From: an uncultured Planctomycetaceae bacterium
GTDB taxonomy: Bacteria; Planctomycetota; Planctomycetia; Planctomycetales; Planctomycetaceae
Direction: 5' to 3'
Length of the DNA: 64,000 bases
NCBI GenBank assembly: GCA_963815195.1
Contig: CAWFGE010000017.1
Location: 160,001-224,000, forward strand
The notes beneath the pieces were generated by a model, which made no database searches, was not told where the DNA came from, and was given only the letters and a program-made list of their open reading frames with translations. The number at the start of each line of letters is the position of its first letter. Position 1 is the stretch's first letter. Shown piece by piece: positions 10,401-21,334 of the stretch. The position numbers were made by a program, and so were the translations under genes.

Positions 10401-13400
10401 GCGATGAATACCGCTACATCCTCGAACGCAAATATGCGAAAAAGTTTCCAGGCAATATGCTCAAGCGGCCGGGACTCTTGCTCAATCCCTGGGCCATCCG
10501 CAATACGGAAACCTCGCAGCAGGAAGCCGAGGAAGGCAATTATTTCGCGGGCGGCGGTGAAGGCGGCGGCACCGGCGCGGCAGAAACGCCGGAACCCAAA
10601 GCCCCCCCCGTAAAGGCCCAGGATTTCAGCACCCTCGACTTTCTGGCCGAGACCTCCGCGGTCTTGGTGAATTTGAAGCCCGATGACAAGGGCCTCGTTT
10701 CCATTCCCCGCGAGCAGTTGGGGCCGCATCAGGAAATCCATGTGGTCGCCTTGGATATTGACAGCACCGCGGCCCGGCATGTGTCACTGCCCTCGGCGGA
10801 TCGGCGGTTTTTGGATCTCCGCCTCGCGCGGGGGTTCGATCCCGACAAACATTTCACCCAGCGAAAGCACATCAGCGTTTTGAAGACAGGCGACGAGTTC
10901 ACGCTGTCGGACATCTCCACCGCCAAGTTCGAGAACTACGATAGCCTCGCGAAGGTTTACAGCTTGTACGCCACGCTCTCGGGCGATGCAAACCTCGCGG
11001 AGTTTCGCTTTATCCTGGATTGGCCGACACTAAAGCCGGAAGAGCAGCGCGAGAAATATTCCAAGTACGCCTGCCACGAACTCAACTTCTTCCTGTTGAA
11101 GAAGGACCCCAAGTTCTTCGCGCAAGTCGTCCGGCCGTACTTGGCGAACAAAAAGGACAAAACGTTTCTGGACGAATGGCTGGTTGGGGCGGAGTTGGCT
11201 CCCTATCTCAAATCCTGGGAGTACCATCAGCTCAACGTGGTCGAACGGATTTTGCTGTCACAGCACATTCGCGGCGAGCAGCAATACACGCTCCGGCACG
11301 TTCGCGATGTGAACGCCCTCACGCCGCCGAACCAGGAACGGCTCAACCATTTATTCCTCACGGCCCTCAACACGTCTTCGCTGGAGCAAAACGACGCCAT
11401 CGGTTTTGTAGAAGCCGCCGAACGAGCCAAACTCGACGAGAAGCAAATAAACGGCGCGCTGGGCGGAATGGGCGGCATGGGCTTTGGGAACTTCGGGCGG
11501 CCGGGGGCCAATGACAAGTCCGAATCCGCCGCCGCGACTCCGCCAGCTGCGAAGGAGCCGGAGTCGGCCCCGGCCAAGCCGGGTTCTCCGGCAAACCGGG
11601 CCCGAGACGCCGCCGGCGAAAAGAAAAGCGGAGCCGGGCGCAAGGGAGAGTCTCTCAAACGCCTGCGCGAGGGAGAAGCCGACAGGCTGGCCAAGGACCT
11701 AGGCGCCATGAGGGATCGCCGGCAGGCGGCGAGGCAGTTTTATCGGGTCTTGGAAAAGACGCAGGAATGGGTGGAGAACAACTATTATCATCTGCCCATC
11801 GATCAGCGGAACGCGGACTTAATCACCGCGAACCCCTTCTGGACGGATTACGCCGCGTATAATGGCGACGGGGCGTTTTACTCGGAGCACTTCGCCGAGG
11901 CGTCGCGGAACTTTCCGGAGATGATGTTTGCGCTCGCCGTGCTCGATCTGCCTTTCCAATCGCCCAAGCACGAGACCGAATTCGCCGAGGCGAAGATGCA
12001 GCTCAAAGCCGGCGGGCCGATGATCGTCTTGCACGAGGAAATCGAGCCGGCGAAAGCCGTCCTCGCGAACTCGCCGATTTTGGTCAACGAAAACTTCTTC
12101 CGCCACGATGACCGCTACCGCTACGAGAACGGCGAGCGGCTGGACAAGTTCATCACGAATGAGTTTATTATCCACACCGTTTACGGCTGCCAGGTCGTGG
12201 TGACCAATCCGACGTCCTCCAAACAGAAGCTGGATTTGCTGTTGCAGATTCCGACGGGGGCGGTTCCGGTGCTCTCCGGGCAGGACACGCGGAGCGTGCA
12301 CCTCGAGTTGGAGCCGTTCCACACGAGCACCTTGGAATACGATTTCTATTTCCCCGCCGCCGGGGACTATGCGCATTATCCCGTCCAGGTCTGCGCGGAA
12401 CGAAGAAATCGTCGCCCACGGCAGTCCGCTGACAATGCACGTCGTCAACGAGCCGAGCCAAATCGACCGGCAATCGTGGCCTTACCTCTCGCAGTTCGGC
12501 ACCGACGCCGAGGTCCTCGAATATCTCCGCGACCACAACCTCGAACGCACCGACCTTGCGAAGATCGCCTTCCGCATGAAGGACAAAGCCTTCTTTGAGC
12601 AGGTGATCGATCTCTTGTCCACCCGGCACGCGTATAACGACACGCTCTGGTCCTACGGCATCAAGCACGACGATGTCCTGGCGATCGGGCAGTATCTCAA
12701 GCATGCCGAGAGCTTCATCCAGGAGACGGGGGATTATCTCGACAGCCGGCTGCTCTCGATCGACCCGGTCGCCCGCAGGACTTACGAGTTCCGCGAATAC
12801 CGCCCGCTGGTCAACGCCCGCAGGCATCCGCTGGGCCGGCGGCGGGAGATTTTGAACGACCGGTTCTACGAGCAGTATCACCATTTTCTCAAAGTGCTGT
12901 CTTACCATCGCAGCTTGAACGATGAATACCAAATCGCGGCGGTGTATTACCTGCTCCTCCAAGACCGCGTGGCCGAGGCGATTGCGTTCTTCGATCAGGT
13001 CAATCCCGAAAACCTGCCGACGAAGCTGCAATACGATTACTGCGCGGCTTATATCGCGTTCTACCGCGAGAACCTGGAACTCGCCAAAGACATCGCGGCC
13101 CGGCACAGTCACCATCCGGTGGACCGCTGGCGGAATGCATTTTTGAGCATTTCCAATCAACTGGACGAAATCGCCGGCGGCACGGTGAAGATCGCCGACG
13201 AGGACGACCAGCAACAGCGGCAAACCAAACTGGCCGCGACGGAAAGCACCTTCAACTTCACGTTGGAAGGCACGAACGTGAAGCTGCGGGCGCAGAACCT
13301 GTCCCAGGTGCGGGTGAATTATTACCTGATGGACATCGAACTGCTCTTCAGCCGGAATCCCTTCGTGCAGAAGTTCTCCGGCGAGTTCTCGGCGATCAAG

Positions 13401-13817
13401 CCCAACCAGACGCAGATCGTCAAACTCCCCGAAGGCAAACCCGAGCACACGTTCGAGATCCCCGAAGATTTGCAAAATCAAAACGTGCTGGTCGAAATCG
13501 TCGGGGCGGGCGAGACGCAAACGGAAACCTATTACGCCAACTCGCTCGCGGTGCAGATCATCGAGAACTACGGCCAGCTTCGGGTTCGCCAGGCGAAGAC
13601 GGGCAACGCCGAGGCCAAGGCATACGTCAAAGTCTATGCCCGCATGAAGGACGGCCGGGAGGTGTTCTACAAAGATGGCTACACCGACCTGCGGGGGCTG
13701 TTCGATTATGTTTCGCTGAGCACCGACAAGCTCGATGGCGTGGACCGCTTTGCGATCCTGGTGTTAAGCGAAGACCACGGGGCCGTCGTCCGCGAAACGA
13801 CGCCGCCCAAACGGTAG
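7451..13817 (+). CDS. Giant (~2,120 aa) secreted hypothetical protein, possibly alpha-2-macroglobulin-like (apparent frameshift ~12390)
   Basis: Signal peptide. ORFs 7451-12598 and 12369-13817 join at YPVQV/ARNEE with continuous GC3-rich codon usage. Confidence 0.8.
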
Positions 13818-13857
13818 CGAAGCCCTCGTCCCGTCCGCTATCTTTCGTGAAGAAAAC

Positions 13858-13939
13858 GTGAGCGGCACGGCGCTAGGCACCGGTTTTGATGACGTGTTAT
13901 TCGCAACGTCAAAACCGGCGGCTAGCGCCGACCGCTCAC
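13858..13939. repeat. REP-like palindrome (gtgagcgg...ccgctcac family)
   Basis: gtgagcggcacggcgctag...ctagcgccgaccgctcac. A half copy lies at 21714-21740 and related motifs at 50213-50238 and 60545-60571. Confidence 0.8.
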
Positions 13940-13974
13940 ATTGGAGGACGTTGTGCTTCACGGAGGAATCGCTC

Positions 13975-15393
13975 TTGGCGAAAGACCATTTCGACACATT
14001 CGCCTCGTTCCAAGACCGCCGGGTGACCGTGATGGGCTTGGGGCGGTTCGGCGGCGGGGTTGCGGTCACGCGGTTTTTGATCGAGCGCGGGGCGATGGTG
14101 ACGCTCACCGATCTCGCGAACGAAGCCGCGCTTTCGGCATCGCTCCAAGCGCTCGAACCGTTCCGTCCCGCCCGGCTTGTGTTGGGCCGGCATGAGGAAA
14201 CCGATTTCCAAAACGCCGATCTGATCGTCGTGAATCCCGCGGTCCGGCCGGACAACCCGTTTTTGAAGATCGCCGAAAAAGCCGGGGTGCCGCGGTCGAG
14301 CGAGATGAATCTGTTCTGGCGGTTCCACCGCGGGAAGACCGTGGCGGTCACGGGGAGCAACGGCAAGTCCACGACCGCCGCGATGGTTCACGCCATCCTC
14401 GACAGGACGGGTTTTCGCGCGCGGCTGGGCGGGAACATCGGCCAGAGCCTGTTGAATAAAGTCGAACACATCACGCCTGACGATTGGACCGTTTTGGAAC
14501 TCAGCAGCTTTCAACTCGCGGACTTGGGCCGCATCAAGGCGCGGCCGGATGTGGCCGTCGTCACGAATTTTTCTCCGAATCATCTGGATTGGCACGGGGC
14601 GCTCGCGGAGTACCGGGCCGCCAAGCAGAACGTGCTCCGTTGGCAAACCGCCGAGGATGCCGCCGTTTTGAATGTTGATGATCCCGAAGTTTCCCGCTGG
14701 CCCACCGCGGCAAGGCGGTTGGGTTTTGGAGAACACGATCCCGGCGGCCCCGGCGTGTTTGCGGAATCGAGCACTTCGTCCGTTTGGCGGTGGCGGATGG
14801 ATGGGCGCGAAGCCTCCGTCCCCTTGGGGGATTGGCTGAAGATCCCGGGCCGGCACAATCAAACGAACGCCGCCGCTGCGATCACGGCCGCGCTTTCCGC
14901 CGGGGCGAATCTGGCCGCTGCGGAAGCGGCGCTCCGGGAGTTCCACGGTTTGCCGCACCGCTTGGAGTTGTTGACGGAAACCGCGGGCCGGCGGTTTTAT
15001 AACGACTCGATCGCCACGACGCCCGAATCCGTCGCCGTCGCCTTGGAGGCCTTTTTCGAGCCGATCGTGCTGTTGGCGGGCGGTTCGGACAAGGGCATCG
15101 ATCTCCGCGGGTTGGCGGAGAGCATCGCCCGGCGGGCGAAAGCCGTCGCCTTGATGGGCGAAACGGCATCGCTTCTCCAAAAACATCTGCAAGACCTGGG
15201 ATTCCCTGCATCGGCGATGCGGGTGTGTGCTTCGCTGTCCGAAGCGTTCGCGTGGGCGGGGGCGCAATCGCAACCGGGCGATGTGGTCCTGCTTTCGCCC
15301 GGTTGTGCGAGTTACGACTGGTTCCAAAACTTTGCCGACCGGGGCGAGCAATTCGCCCGGCTCGCGAAATCCTGGAAACCCGCAAAACCCTGA
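13975..15393 (+). CDS. murD: UDP-N-acetylmuramoyl-L-alanine--D-glutamate ligase
   Basis: GLGRFGGG, VTGSNGKSTT, GGNIG, ELSSFQL, NHLDWHG, HRLE, YNDSIAT, LLSPGCASYD. TTG start after GGAGG. Confidence 0.93.
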   Translation: MAKDHFDTFASFQDRRVTVMGLGRFGGGVAVTRFLIERGAMVTLTDLANEAALSASLQALEPFRPARLVLGRHEETDFQNADLIVVNPAVRPDNPFLKIAEKAGVPRSSEMNLFWRFHRGKTVAVTGSNGKSTTAAMVHAILDRTGFRARLGGNIGQSLLNKVEHITPDDWTVLELSSFQLADLGRIKARPDVAVVTNFSPNHLDWHGALAEYRAAKQNVLRWQTAEDAAVLNVDDPEVSRWPTAARRLGFGEHDPGGPGVFAESSTSSVWRWRMDGREASVPLGDWLKIPGRHNQTNAAAAITAALSAGANLAAAEAALREFHGLPHRLELLTETAGRRFYNDSIATTPESVAVALEAFFEPIVLLAGGSDKGIDLRGLAESIARRAKAVALMGETASLLQKHLQDLGFPASAMRVCASLSEAFAWAGAQSQPGDVVLLSPGCASYDWFQNFADRGEQFARLAKSWKPAKP

Positions 15394-15574
15394 TGTTCCG
15401 GCCCCGAAAACCAGCGGATCGGAGAATCCCCCAACAATCAGCAGTTCAAAACATCAACAAATTCCGATGGATGTATTGACAGCCCGGTTTTCAGGGGTTA
15501 TTTTGAGGGAAGATCGCATACCGAAACTGAACAAACACAACGAAGCCCAATTTCCCTCAGCCAGGAGCGCAGCG

Positions 15575-16879
15575 ATGCTGACATTCAACACCCGCAGACG
15601 GCACCAGGATTGCGATGGACAGACCCGGCGAGACTTTCTGAAAGTCGGGGCCTTGGGCATGGGGGCGTTGGGTCTCCCGGCGTTGATGGCCGCTCGCGCA
15701 CAGGCGGCCCAAACCGGGCAACGGGTGAAGGACACTTCCGTGGTTTGGCTGTGGCTGTCCGGCGGCCCGACCCATGTGGAAACCTTCGATCCCAAAATGA
15801 CCGCACCGGTCGAATTCCGCAGCACCACCGGCGAAGTCAAAACTTCGATTCCGGGAATGACCTTGGGCGGCACGTTCCCCCAAATGGCCCAACTCGCCGA
15901 CCAACTTGCCGTCGTCCGCTCCTTCGCCCACACCAACAGCGGCCACGGCGGCGGCACGCACTTCCTCATGACCGGCTACGACAACCGCAACATCGACAAC
16001 GGCGGCCTGCCCACCCGGCCGTCCCTCGGCTCGATCGCGGCCAAGGTCCGCGGCTCCAATCACCCGGTCACCGGCATGCCGACCTACGTCCGGCTGGGCG
16101 GCATCGGTGCCGACGGCCCGGCCTTTTTGGGGACACCCTATGCCCCGTTCGGCTCCAATCGCGAAGCCAAAGGCAACATGACCCTGCAAACCAGCATCGA
16201 CCGGCTCGACGACCGCCGGGAACTGTTGAGCGGCTTCGACCGCTTCAAACGCCGGGCCGACCAGTCCGGCTTGATGGAAGGCCTCGACGCCTTCGAGCAG
16301 CAGGCGTTCAACCTGGTCCTCGGCAAAGCCCCGGACGCGTTCGATCTGAAGAAGGAAGACCCGAAAATCGTCAAACGGTACGGTTCGCGGTTGGGCGAGC
16401 AGATGCTGATCGCCCGCCGGCTTTGCGAAGCGGGCTGCGGGTTTGTGACGCTCAACTACGGCGGCTGGGACATGCACGGCAACGTCAAACGCAGCATGGA
16501 ACAGCGCGGCCCCGAAGTCGATCACGCCGTCGCCGCGTTTCTGGAAGATGTGAAACAGCGCGGGTTGGATCAAAACATCCTGCTGGTCATCACCGGCGAG
16601 TTCGGCCGGACGCCCAAAATCAACCGCAGCGCCGGCCGCGACCACTGGGCTCCCTTGAGCACGCTGGCTCTCGCGGGCGGCGGACTCAAAATGGGTCAAG
16701 TCGTCGGCGAATCCGACGCCAAGGCCTACCGTCCCGCCAGCAAAGCCATCGGCCCGCAGGACTTGATGGCCACGCTCTTCGATGTCCTGGGCATCGACCG
16801 CAAGCTCCAATTCCGCAACCAGGCCGGCCGCCCGGTGTACATGCTCGAAAACGGCAAACCCATCGCGGAACTCATTTAG
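15575..16879 (+). CDS. DUF1501 domain-containing protein
   Basis: RRDFL Tat-like motif, GGPTHVETFDPK, ARRLCEAG, WDMH, GEFGRTP, GRDHW. Confidence 0.9.
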   Translation: MLTFNTRRRHQDCDGQTRRDFLKVGALGMGALGLPALMAARAQAAQTGQRVKDTSVVWLWLSGGPTHVETFDPKMTAPVEFRSTTGEVKTSIPGMTLGGTFPQMAQLADQLAVVRSFAHTNSGHGGGTHFLMTGYDNRNIDNGGLPTRPSLGSIAAKVRGSNHPVTGMPTYVRLGGIGADGPAFLGTPYAPFGSNREAKGNMTLQTSIDRLDDRRELLSGFDRFKRRADQSGLMEGLDAFEQQAFNLVLGKAPDAFDLKKEDPKIVKRYGSRLGEQMLIARRLCEAGCGFVTLNYGGWDMHGNVKRSMEQRGPEVDHAVAAFLEDVKQRGLDQNILLVITGEFGRTPKINRSAGRDHWAPLSTLALAGGGLKMGQVVGESDAKAYRPASKAIGPQDLMATLFDVLGIDRKLQFRNQAGRPVYMLENGKPIAELI

Positions 16880-16902
16880 CCCCAGAGCGTTGTTGAATGG
16901 AA

Positions 16903-16989
16903 AGGCGAGCGGGAGGTGTCAGCCTCCCGGTTCCTTTCCACTGGATCAAAACTCCACAAGACCAGGAGGCTTACGCCTCCCGCTCGCCT
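16903..16989. repeat. REP-like doublet (ggcgagcgg..cagcc / ggcttacgcc..cgctcgcc family)
   Basis: Inverted pair. Related copies at 25672-25794 and a truncated copy at 17518-17540. Confidence 0.8.
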
Positions 16990-17007
16990 GGATCTGTCAC
17001 ATTCGGC

Positions 17008-17496
17008 CTATTTCTTCCCCAGTGCCCGTTGTTGGGCGAAAAAATCTTGCAGGATCTGCCGGCATTGGTCCTGTAACACCCCGGCGGTGACCAGCACTTG
17101 ATGGTTTAATCGCGGATCGCTGGTGATCTGGTACAGCGAATGGCAGGCCCCGGCTTTGGGGTCCGGCGTGCCGTACACGACGCGCGGAATCCGGGCCTGC
17201 ACCAGGGCTCCCGCGCACATCGGGCACGGTTCGAGCGTGACGTACAGCGTGCAGTCCAACAGCCGCCACGATCCCAACGTTTCCGCCGCCTGGGTGAGGG
17301 CGATCATCTCCGCGTGGGCCGTGGGATCGTTCAGGGTTTCCCGCTGATTGTGGCCTTCGCCCACGATCCGCCCGCCCTCGACGATCACCGCACCCACGGG
17401 AACTTCCCCTTCCTCATACGCCTGCATCGCCTGATCCAGCGCAAACCGCATCCAATGCTCGGCGGGAAGCAATTCAGCATCAAACGGCAAAGTCAT
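17008..17496 (-). CDS. tadA: tRNA adenosine(34) deaminase
   Basis: [34 protein letters not shown] motifs. Confidence 0.95.
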   Translation of the reverse strand: MTLPFDAELLPAEHWMRFALDQAMQAYEEGEVPVGAVIVEGGRIVGEGHNQRETLNDPTAHAEMIALTQAAETLGSWRLLDCTLYVTLEPCPMCAGALVQARIPRVVYGTPDPKAGACHSLYQITSDPRLNHQVLVTAGVLQDQCRQILQDFFAQQRALGKK

Positions 17497-17540
17497 GGTC
17501 GGTCAATCCAAAACCACAGGCGAGCGTGGGGCGTCAGCCC

Positions 17541-17820
17541 CATAGGTATTTAGTTAAGGGGAACTCCTTTTATATACTGGGCTTAGGATTTACAGACCCA
17601 GGTGAAAAGGAGTTCCCCCATGAAGGATCAGGTTACAAAGTTGAGCGGGTATTTGACAATGTTGTTCTCGTCGGTGGCCGATGATCTGGCCCACGATACT
17701 CAGTTTGTAAAAAGAGAACGCGGCTACAGCGGCTCGAAATTTGTCCGCACGCTGGTCTTCGGATGGATTCCGAACGCGATGGCCACCATCGACGATTTTG
17801 CCGAGGATCTGGGAGTGACG
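17541..17820 (+). mobile_element. Left end and truncated transposase of an IS4-like element
   Basis: AT-rich onset at 17541. A 14-bp inverted repeat (17558-17571/17605-17618) covers the RBS. ORF from 17620 (LAHDTQFVKRER..SGSKFVRTLVFGW) resembles IS4-family transposase N-termini and is cut at 17820. Confidence 0.6.
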
Positions 17821-18018
17821 GCGGGGTGGCTGGGGTCAGTTTGTCGCGAGTTGCGGCGGGGTGGCTGGGGTCAGTTTGTCGCGAGTTGCGCTGCATCCAG
17901 AAAGGGCTCAATCGACAAACTGCCCCCAGCGATGTGCGCACCGGCTCACCTGGGGGCAGGCTGCCGATGCGGTCGCTTCTGGATTCCATGCCATTTGCGG
18001 CAGCCGGACCCCCGCCAC
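17821..18018. repeat. Nested palindromic MITE/REP-like element with a perfect 35-bp tandem duplication
   Basis: 17821-17855 is identical to 17856-17890. Termini gtggctggggtc...gacccccgccac. Internal stems gtttgtcg/cgacaaac, tgcccccag/ctgggggca, ggctgccg/cggcagcc. Confidence 0.75.
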
Positions 18019-18033
18019 GGTCCGAATACAAGA

Positions 18034-18240
18034 TCATCGGAGTACCGATGGATCAAGTTCCTTGGCTCGTTCATAATCCGCGGTGGACTTTTCCAAATCG
18101 CCAAGGTGTTCGTAGCATTTGTGGCGAGCAAAGTGACACCGTGCCCGACTCGTCGGATCCGTCTCGGAATCCATGCGATCTAGTGCTGCGGTGCAGTCGT
18201 CAATGCACAATTCGTAATACCCATTTTTGTAATGGGCCAA
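18034..18240 (-). pseudogene. TPR-like protein fragment
   Basis: AHYKNGYYELCIDDCTAAL..., CYEHLGDLEKSTADYERAKELDP pattern. Lower GC, next to the IS relic. Confidence 0.45.
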
Positions 18241-18323
18241 TGATCGATTGAGGTAGCATTCGATGGCAGGCAGGAGCTACAGAATGCGAACATGGGGCTG
18301 ACTGAGCAATTTCCAACGCAAAA

Positions 18324-18370
18324 AACTCCCACGGGCAACCGATTTTGAAAATCGGTTGCCCGTGGGAGTT
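18324..18370 (-). terminator. Long perfect inverted repeat, probable terminator of the HTH-receiver gene
   Basis: aactcccacgggcaaccgatttt-g-aaaatcggttgcccgtgggagtt (23-bp arms). U-run on the minus strand. Confidence 0.75.
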
Positions 18371-18493
18371 AGGTTCCTTTGATTCGCTCGCGTGTCCCCG
18401 GGAGTCGGGGAGGAAACCGGGCTGGGTGCTGGGGTTTCCTGCCGCTCAATCGCCGCCACGGTTGGGGGGTTTGCTTTCCAAACGGGTCCCCAA

Positions 18494-19066
18494 CTAAGCG
18501 AGCTGTTTTTTGCGGCCGACGAGCGTCCGGATCCGTTCGGCGAGCAAGGCTGCGTCGAAAGGTTTGCGGAACGTTTCGTTGAACAACGTGCGGTCGAACC
18601 CGCTGGCGTTGTCGTCGTCGGTCAATAATCCGATCAACACGGTTTCGGTGTATTCCGTGTTTTTCTTCAGGTTTTGGGCAATCATCAGGGCTTCGTTTCG
18701 CCCCATTGCGAAGTCAACGACCACGCAATCCGGATGCAGGCTTTCCGCCTGAATGCCGGCTTCAAACCCGCTGGCAGCCGATTCAATTTTGAAATCGGTT
18801 TCTCCGATCATCTCGCCGAGACTCAAGCGCACCTGGGAGTCGGCACCGACGAGCAAAACTTTGCCCATCACTTCGTCTTCCAACTCGCCAAGCGGCATCC
18901 CATGCTCTTTCAGAAATCGGATCAAATGTTCGCGGGGGATGCGGCGATCCTGGCTACCAGGAATACGGTAACCACGAAGCCGACCCGAATCGAACCATTT
19001 GCTGACAGTGCGGGGTGCAACTTTGCAGATCTTGGCTACTTGTCCAGTAGTGAAGATCGTCCTCAT
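18494..19066 (-). CDS. Excisionase-type (HTH_17/MerR-like) DNA-binding protein with an atypical receiver domain
   Basis: MRTIFTTGQVAKICKVAPRTVSKWFDSGRLRGYRIPGSQDRRIPRE followed by a REC-like domain (PDCVVVD, KPF). GGAG RBS. Confidence 0.88.
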   Translation of the reverse strand: MRTIFTTGQVAKICKVAPRTVSKWFDSGRLRGYRIPGSQDRRIPREHLIRFLKEHGMPLGELEDEVMGKVLLVGADSQVRLSLGEMIGETDFKIESAASGFEAGIQAESLHPDCVVVDFAMGRNEALMIAQNLKKNTEYTETVLIGLLTDDDNASGFDRTLFNETFRKPFDAALLAERIRTLVGRKKQLA

Positions 19067-19678
19067 CGCGGGCTCTCCAATTACATTGTCATTGCCAACA
19101 AAGAGGGTTTGTCGGGCCCTCCGGATCTTCACCCCTGCACGATGGCCGGCTCTTCCTGGCCAAACTGGGTCCGTGACAAACGAGTACCACCGTGGTTTTG
19201 GGTCGGGGCTGACTGTTTGGGAAAACCCTTCGGGCACGATCAAAGCAACCGCCCCAAAGTGGTTTCCACGTAACGATGGCTTCAGAAGTCTTCGAGAAAC
19301 TCCTGAACCCATAAAACGGCAATTACGGGAAATAAAAAGGGAAACCGTTCACGAATGGAGTCTTACAGATGAAGATCCACGGAACGAACGGCTGGAGGGC
19401 GGGACCGGAGGCTTTGCGCAGAGCATCCGGCTCTGTCGGTAGGTAGATCCGAATTGTCCTTCCCCCCTGAAGTCGGTCTCATCGGACAGCCGCGGACTGC
19501 ATCCCTGCAATCGCCATGAAGCATTCAGCGGTCTGTTCCAAATTCAACCGTCTGACCCATTGTATCGAACCATATCTTATGAAATCTTTAGAATGTTTGG
19601 GTTGACACAGGTAGCAATGTTGCTCTCAGCAAATCGATGTTGGGGAAGTTGAGGCCAAAACTGGTTGATCGCATCCTA

Positions 19679-19694
19679 TGCACAAGGAATGCCG
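19679..19694 (-). promoter_or_regulatory. Possible sigma54 (-24/-12) promoter facing the HTH-receiver gene
   Basis: Minus strand CGGCATTCCTTGTGCA has GG-N10-GC spacing. Confidence 0.3.
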
Positions 19695-20333
19695 AAGCCG
19701 ATTTTCCCAAAAAAACCAGATCAACTCCGCGATAATCGTGAGTCGGAACTGAAGATGCGCTTTGGGTTTACGTCAAGGGATCGGCGTGATCCCGCCCGCA
19801 TCGCCACAAACGGCCCGCTTCTTTGCATTGTAGAATTGGCACCGATTAAAGGAAATCCTTTGTAAAACTCCAAACGCAAGGATTGTCCCGGAAGAATGGT
19901 TTTGCGGGCTGAAGCCGCGGGACAGCGTTCCTTGGCTTTGGCTTATCGAGGTTCTTCTTCAGGGACCAGGCCCGGGGGATTCCCGACGATGGAGAGCCGC
20001 GACCGGGAATGGAAATTCCAGGAAAAGGGGAACAGCTGTCCGAGAATTGATCTTGCTGCCTTGTAATTTTTTCACTAAAACACCCATTGCAATGTCGGCA
20101 AGGCGGTTTTGCAGGACGCGACCCGACCCGACTCTTTCCAGCAGGGACGCTGGGCCACAGAGCATTTGTCGCAGGGTTTTTTCGACGTTGGGACGCGTTC
20201 CCGATTCGAATGGCCTCGTGTTTGGGAGATGGTTTTTCATCCCCCCGGCAAGAGAATTGCATGGTTTTTGTGGTGGATCTTACCTGTTGAGATCCAACGG
20301 AGTGTCCCTGGAAAATTGGAAAGGAAGCCAGTC

Positions 20334-21144
20334 ATGCTGGTCCTCACCCGCCGCGAAAATGAAAAAATCGTGTTTCCCGAAGTCGGGATCACGGTCGAAC
20401 TGGTCTCGATCTCTGGCTCCCGTGCTCGATTGGGGATCCAAGCCCCGGCGGAAGTTCGGATCCTCCGGCACGAGATTGCCGACAAGGAAATGGCGGAGAA
20501 GCCGCTGACCTTCGCCGTCAAAAACCGCCCGCAACTGGCCGCCTTGGCGAAGCAGGCGCAATCGGGCAAGCCCTCGCACGCGGTGCGGAACCATCTCAAC
20601 TCGACCTCGATCGCCGCGCAGCTTCTGCGCGGCAGCTTGACATGGGGATGGTCGATGAAGCCGAGGCCACGGTGCAAACGCTGCTTTCCGAACTCGACGC
20701 GCTCAATACCGAAATCACGAACCCCGCGCCGGCCAAATCCTCAAAATCGGGGAAAGGCGAAGCGGCCCCCGCGCGCGGCCGGTGGCGTTGATCGTCGAAG
20801 ACAACGACAACGAGCGGCATCTGCTGGCCGGGTTTTTGAACATGGTGGGCTTTGAGGTGGTCACGGCGGAGAACGGCGTGGCGGCCCTCGAGTATTTGAC
20901 CTCGCACGAGCGGCCCGACGTGGTCCTGCTCGACATGCTGATGCCCGAATGCGACGGCCCGACCGCCGTCACCAAGATCCGCCGAAAAGCGGAATTGGAG
21001 GGCCTGCGGATTTTCGCGGTCAGCGGCACATCGCCCGCCCAATTGGGCCTGGAAACCGGGCCCAAGGGAATCGACCGCTGGTTCCATAAGCCGATCAACC
21101 CCGAAGAACTGGCCCGCGAAATGGCCAAGGATTTGGTGTCTTAG
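20334..21144 (+). CDS. CsrA (carbon storage regulator) domain fused to a receiver domain (two apparent frameshifts, ~20630 and ~20775)
   Basis: MLVLTRRENEKI...LGIQAPAEVRILRHEI (CsrA signature), a helical linker readable in a shifted frame (RQLDMGMVDEAEATVQ), then LIVEDN..., LLDMLMP, HKP (canonical REC). Confidence 0.8.
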
Positions 21145-21334
21145 TCGGCGTTTCAAGAAAGGAAGCGGGCGAGGAGGCCGCCCGAACTCTTGCCAGTGAT
21201 GCGTCCCTGTTTGCGAGGTGGCTGAAACATGCGGGCTGACACGACTCAAAGAGGACCATCCCGCCCTCGGGGACCGTTTGCCGGCAGGAGGAAAGTCAGA
21301 ACCCAACCAGAGTCCACCAACAGCGAGACGTTTT

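Noticed and set aside
7202..13520. Long antisense and alternate-frame ORFs (for example 7202-8599, 8630-10273, 12168-13520; also 25068-27218 and 42355-43830)
   Set aside because: Shadow ORFs of GC-rich coding sequence with no family motifs.
13858..13974. N-terminal extensions of murD and of the ORF-track calls at 15227, 27590, 31624, 43785 and 58835
   Set aside because: Extensions run through REP elements, intergenic DNA or neighbouring genes. Downstream starts fit RBS position and family length better.
17821..18183. C-terminal part of ORF 17602-18183 as transposase
   Set aside because: After 17820 the frame only translates the repeat element. No DDE motifs.
18494..19066. Prophage or ICE excisionase
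   Set aside because: The HTH is fused to a receiver domain, and no integrase, att site or phage genes are nearby.
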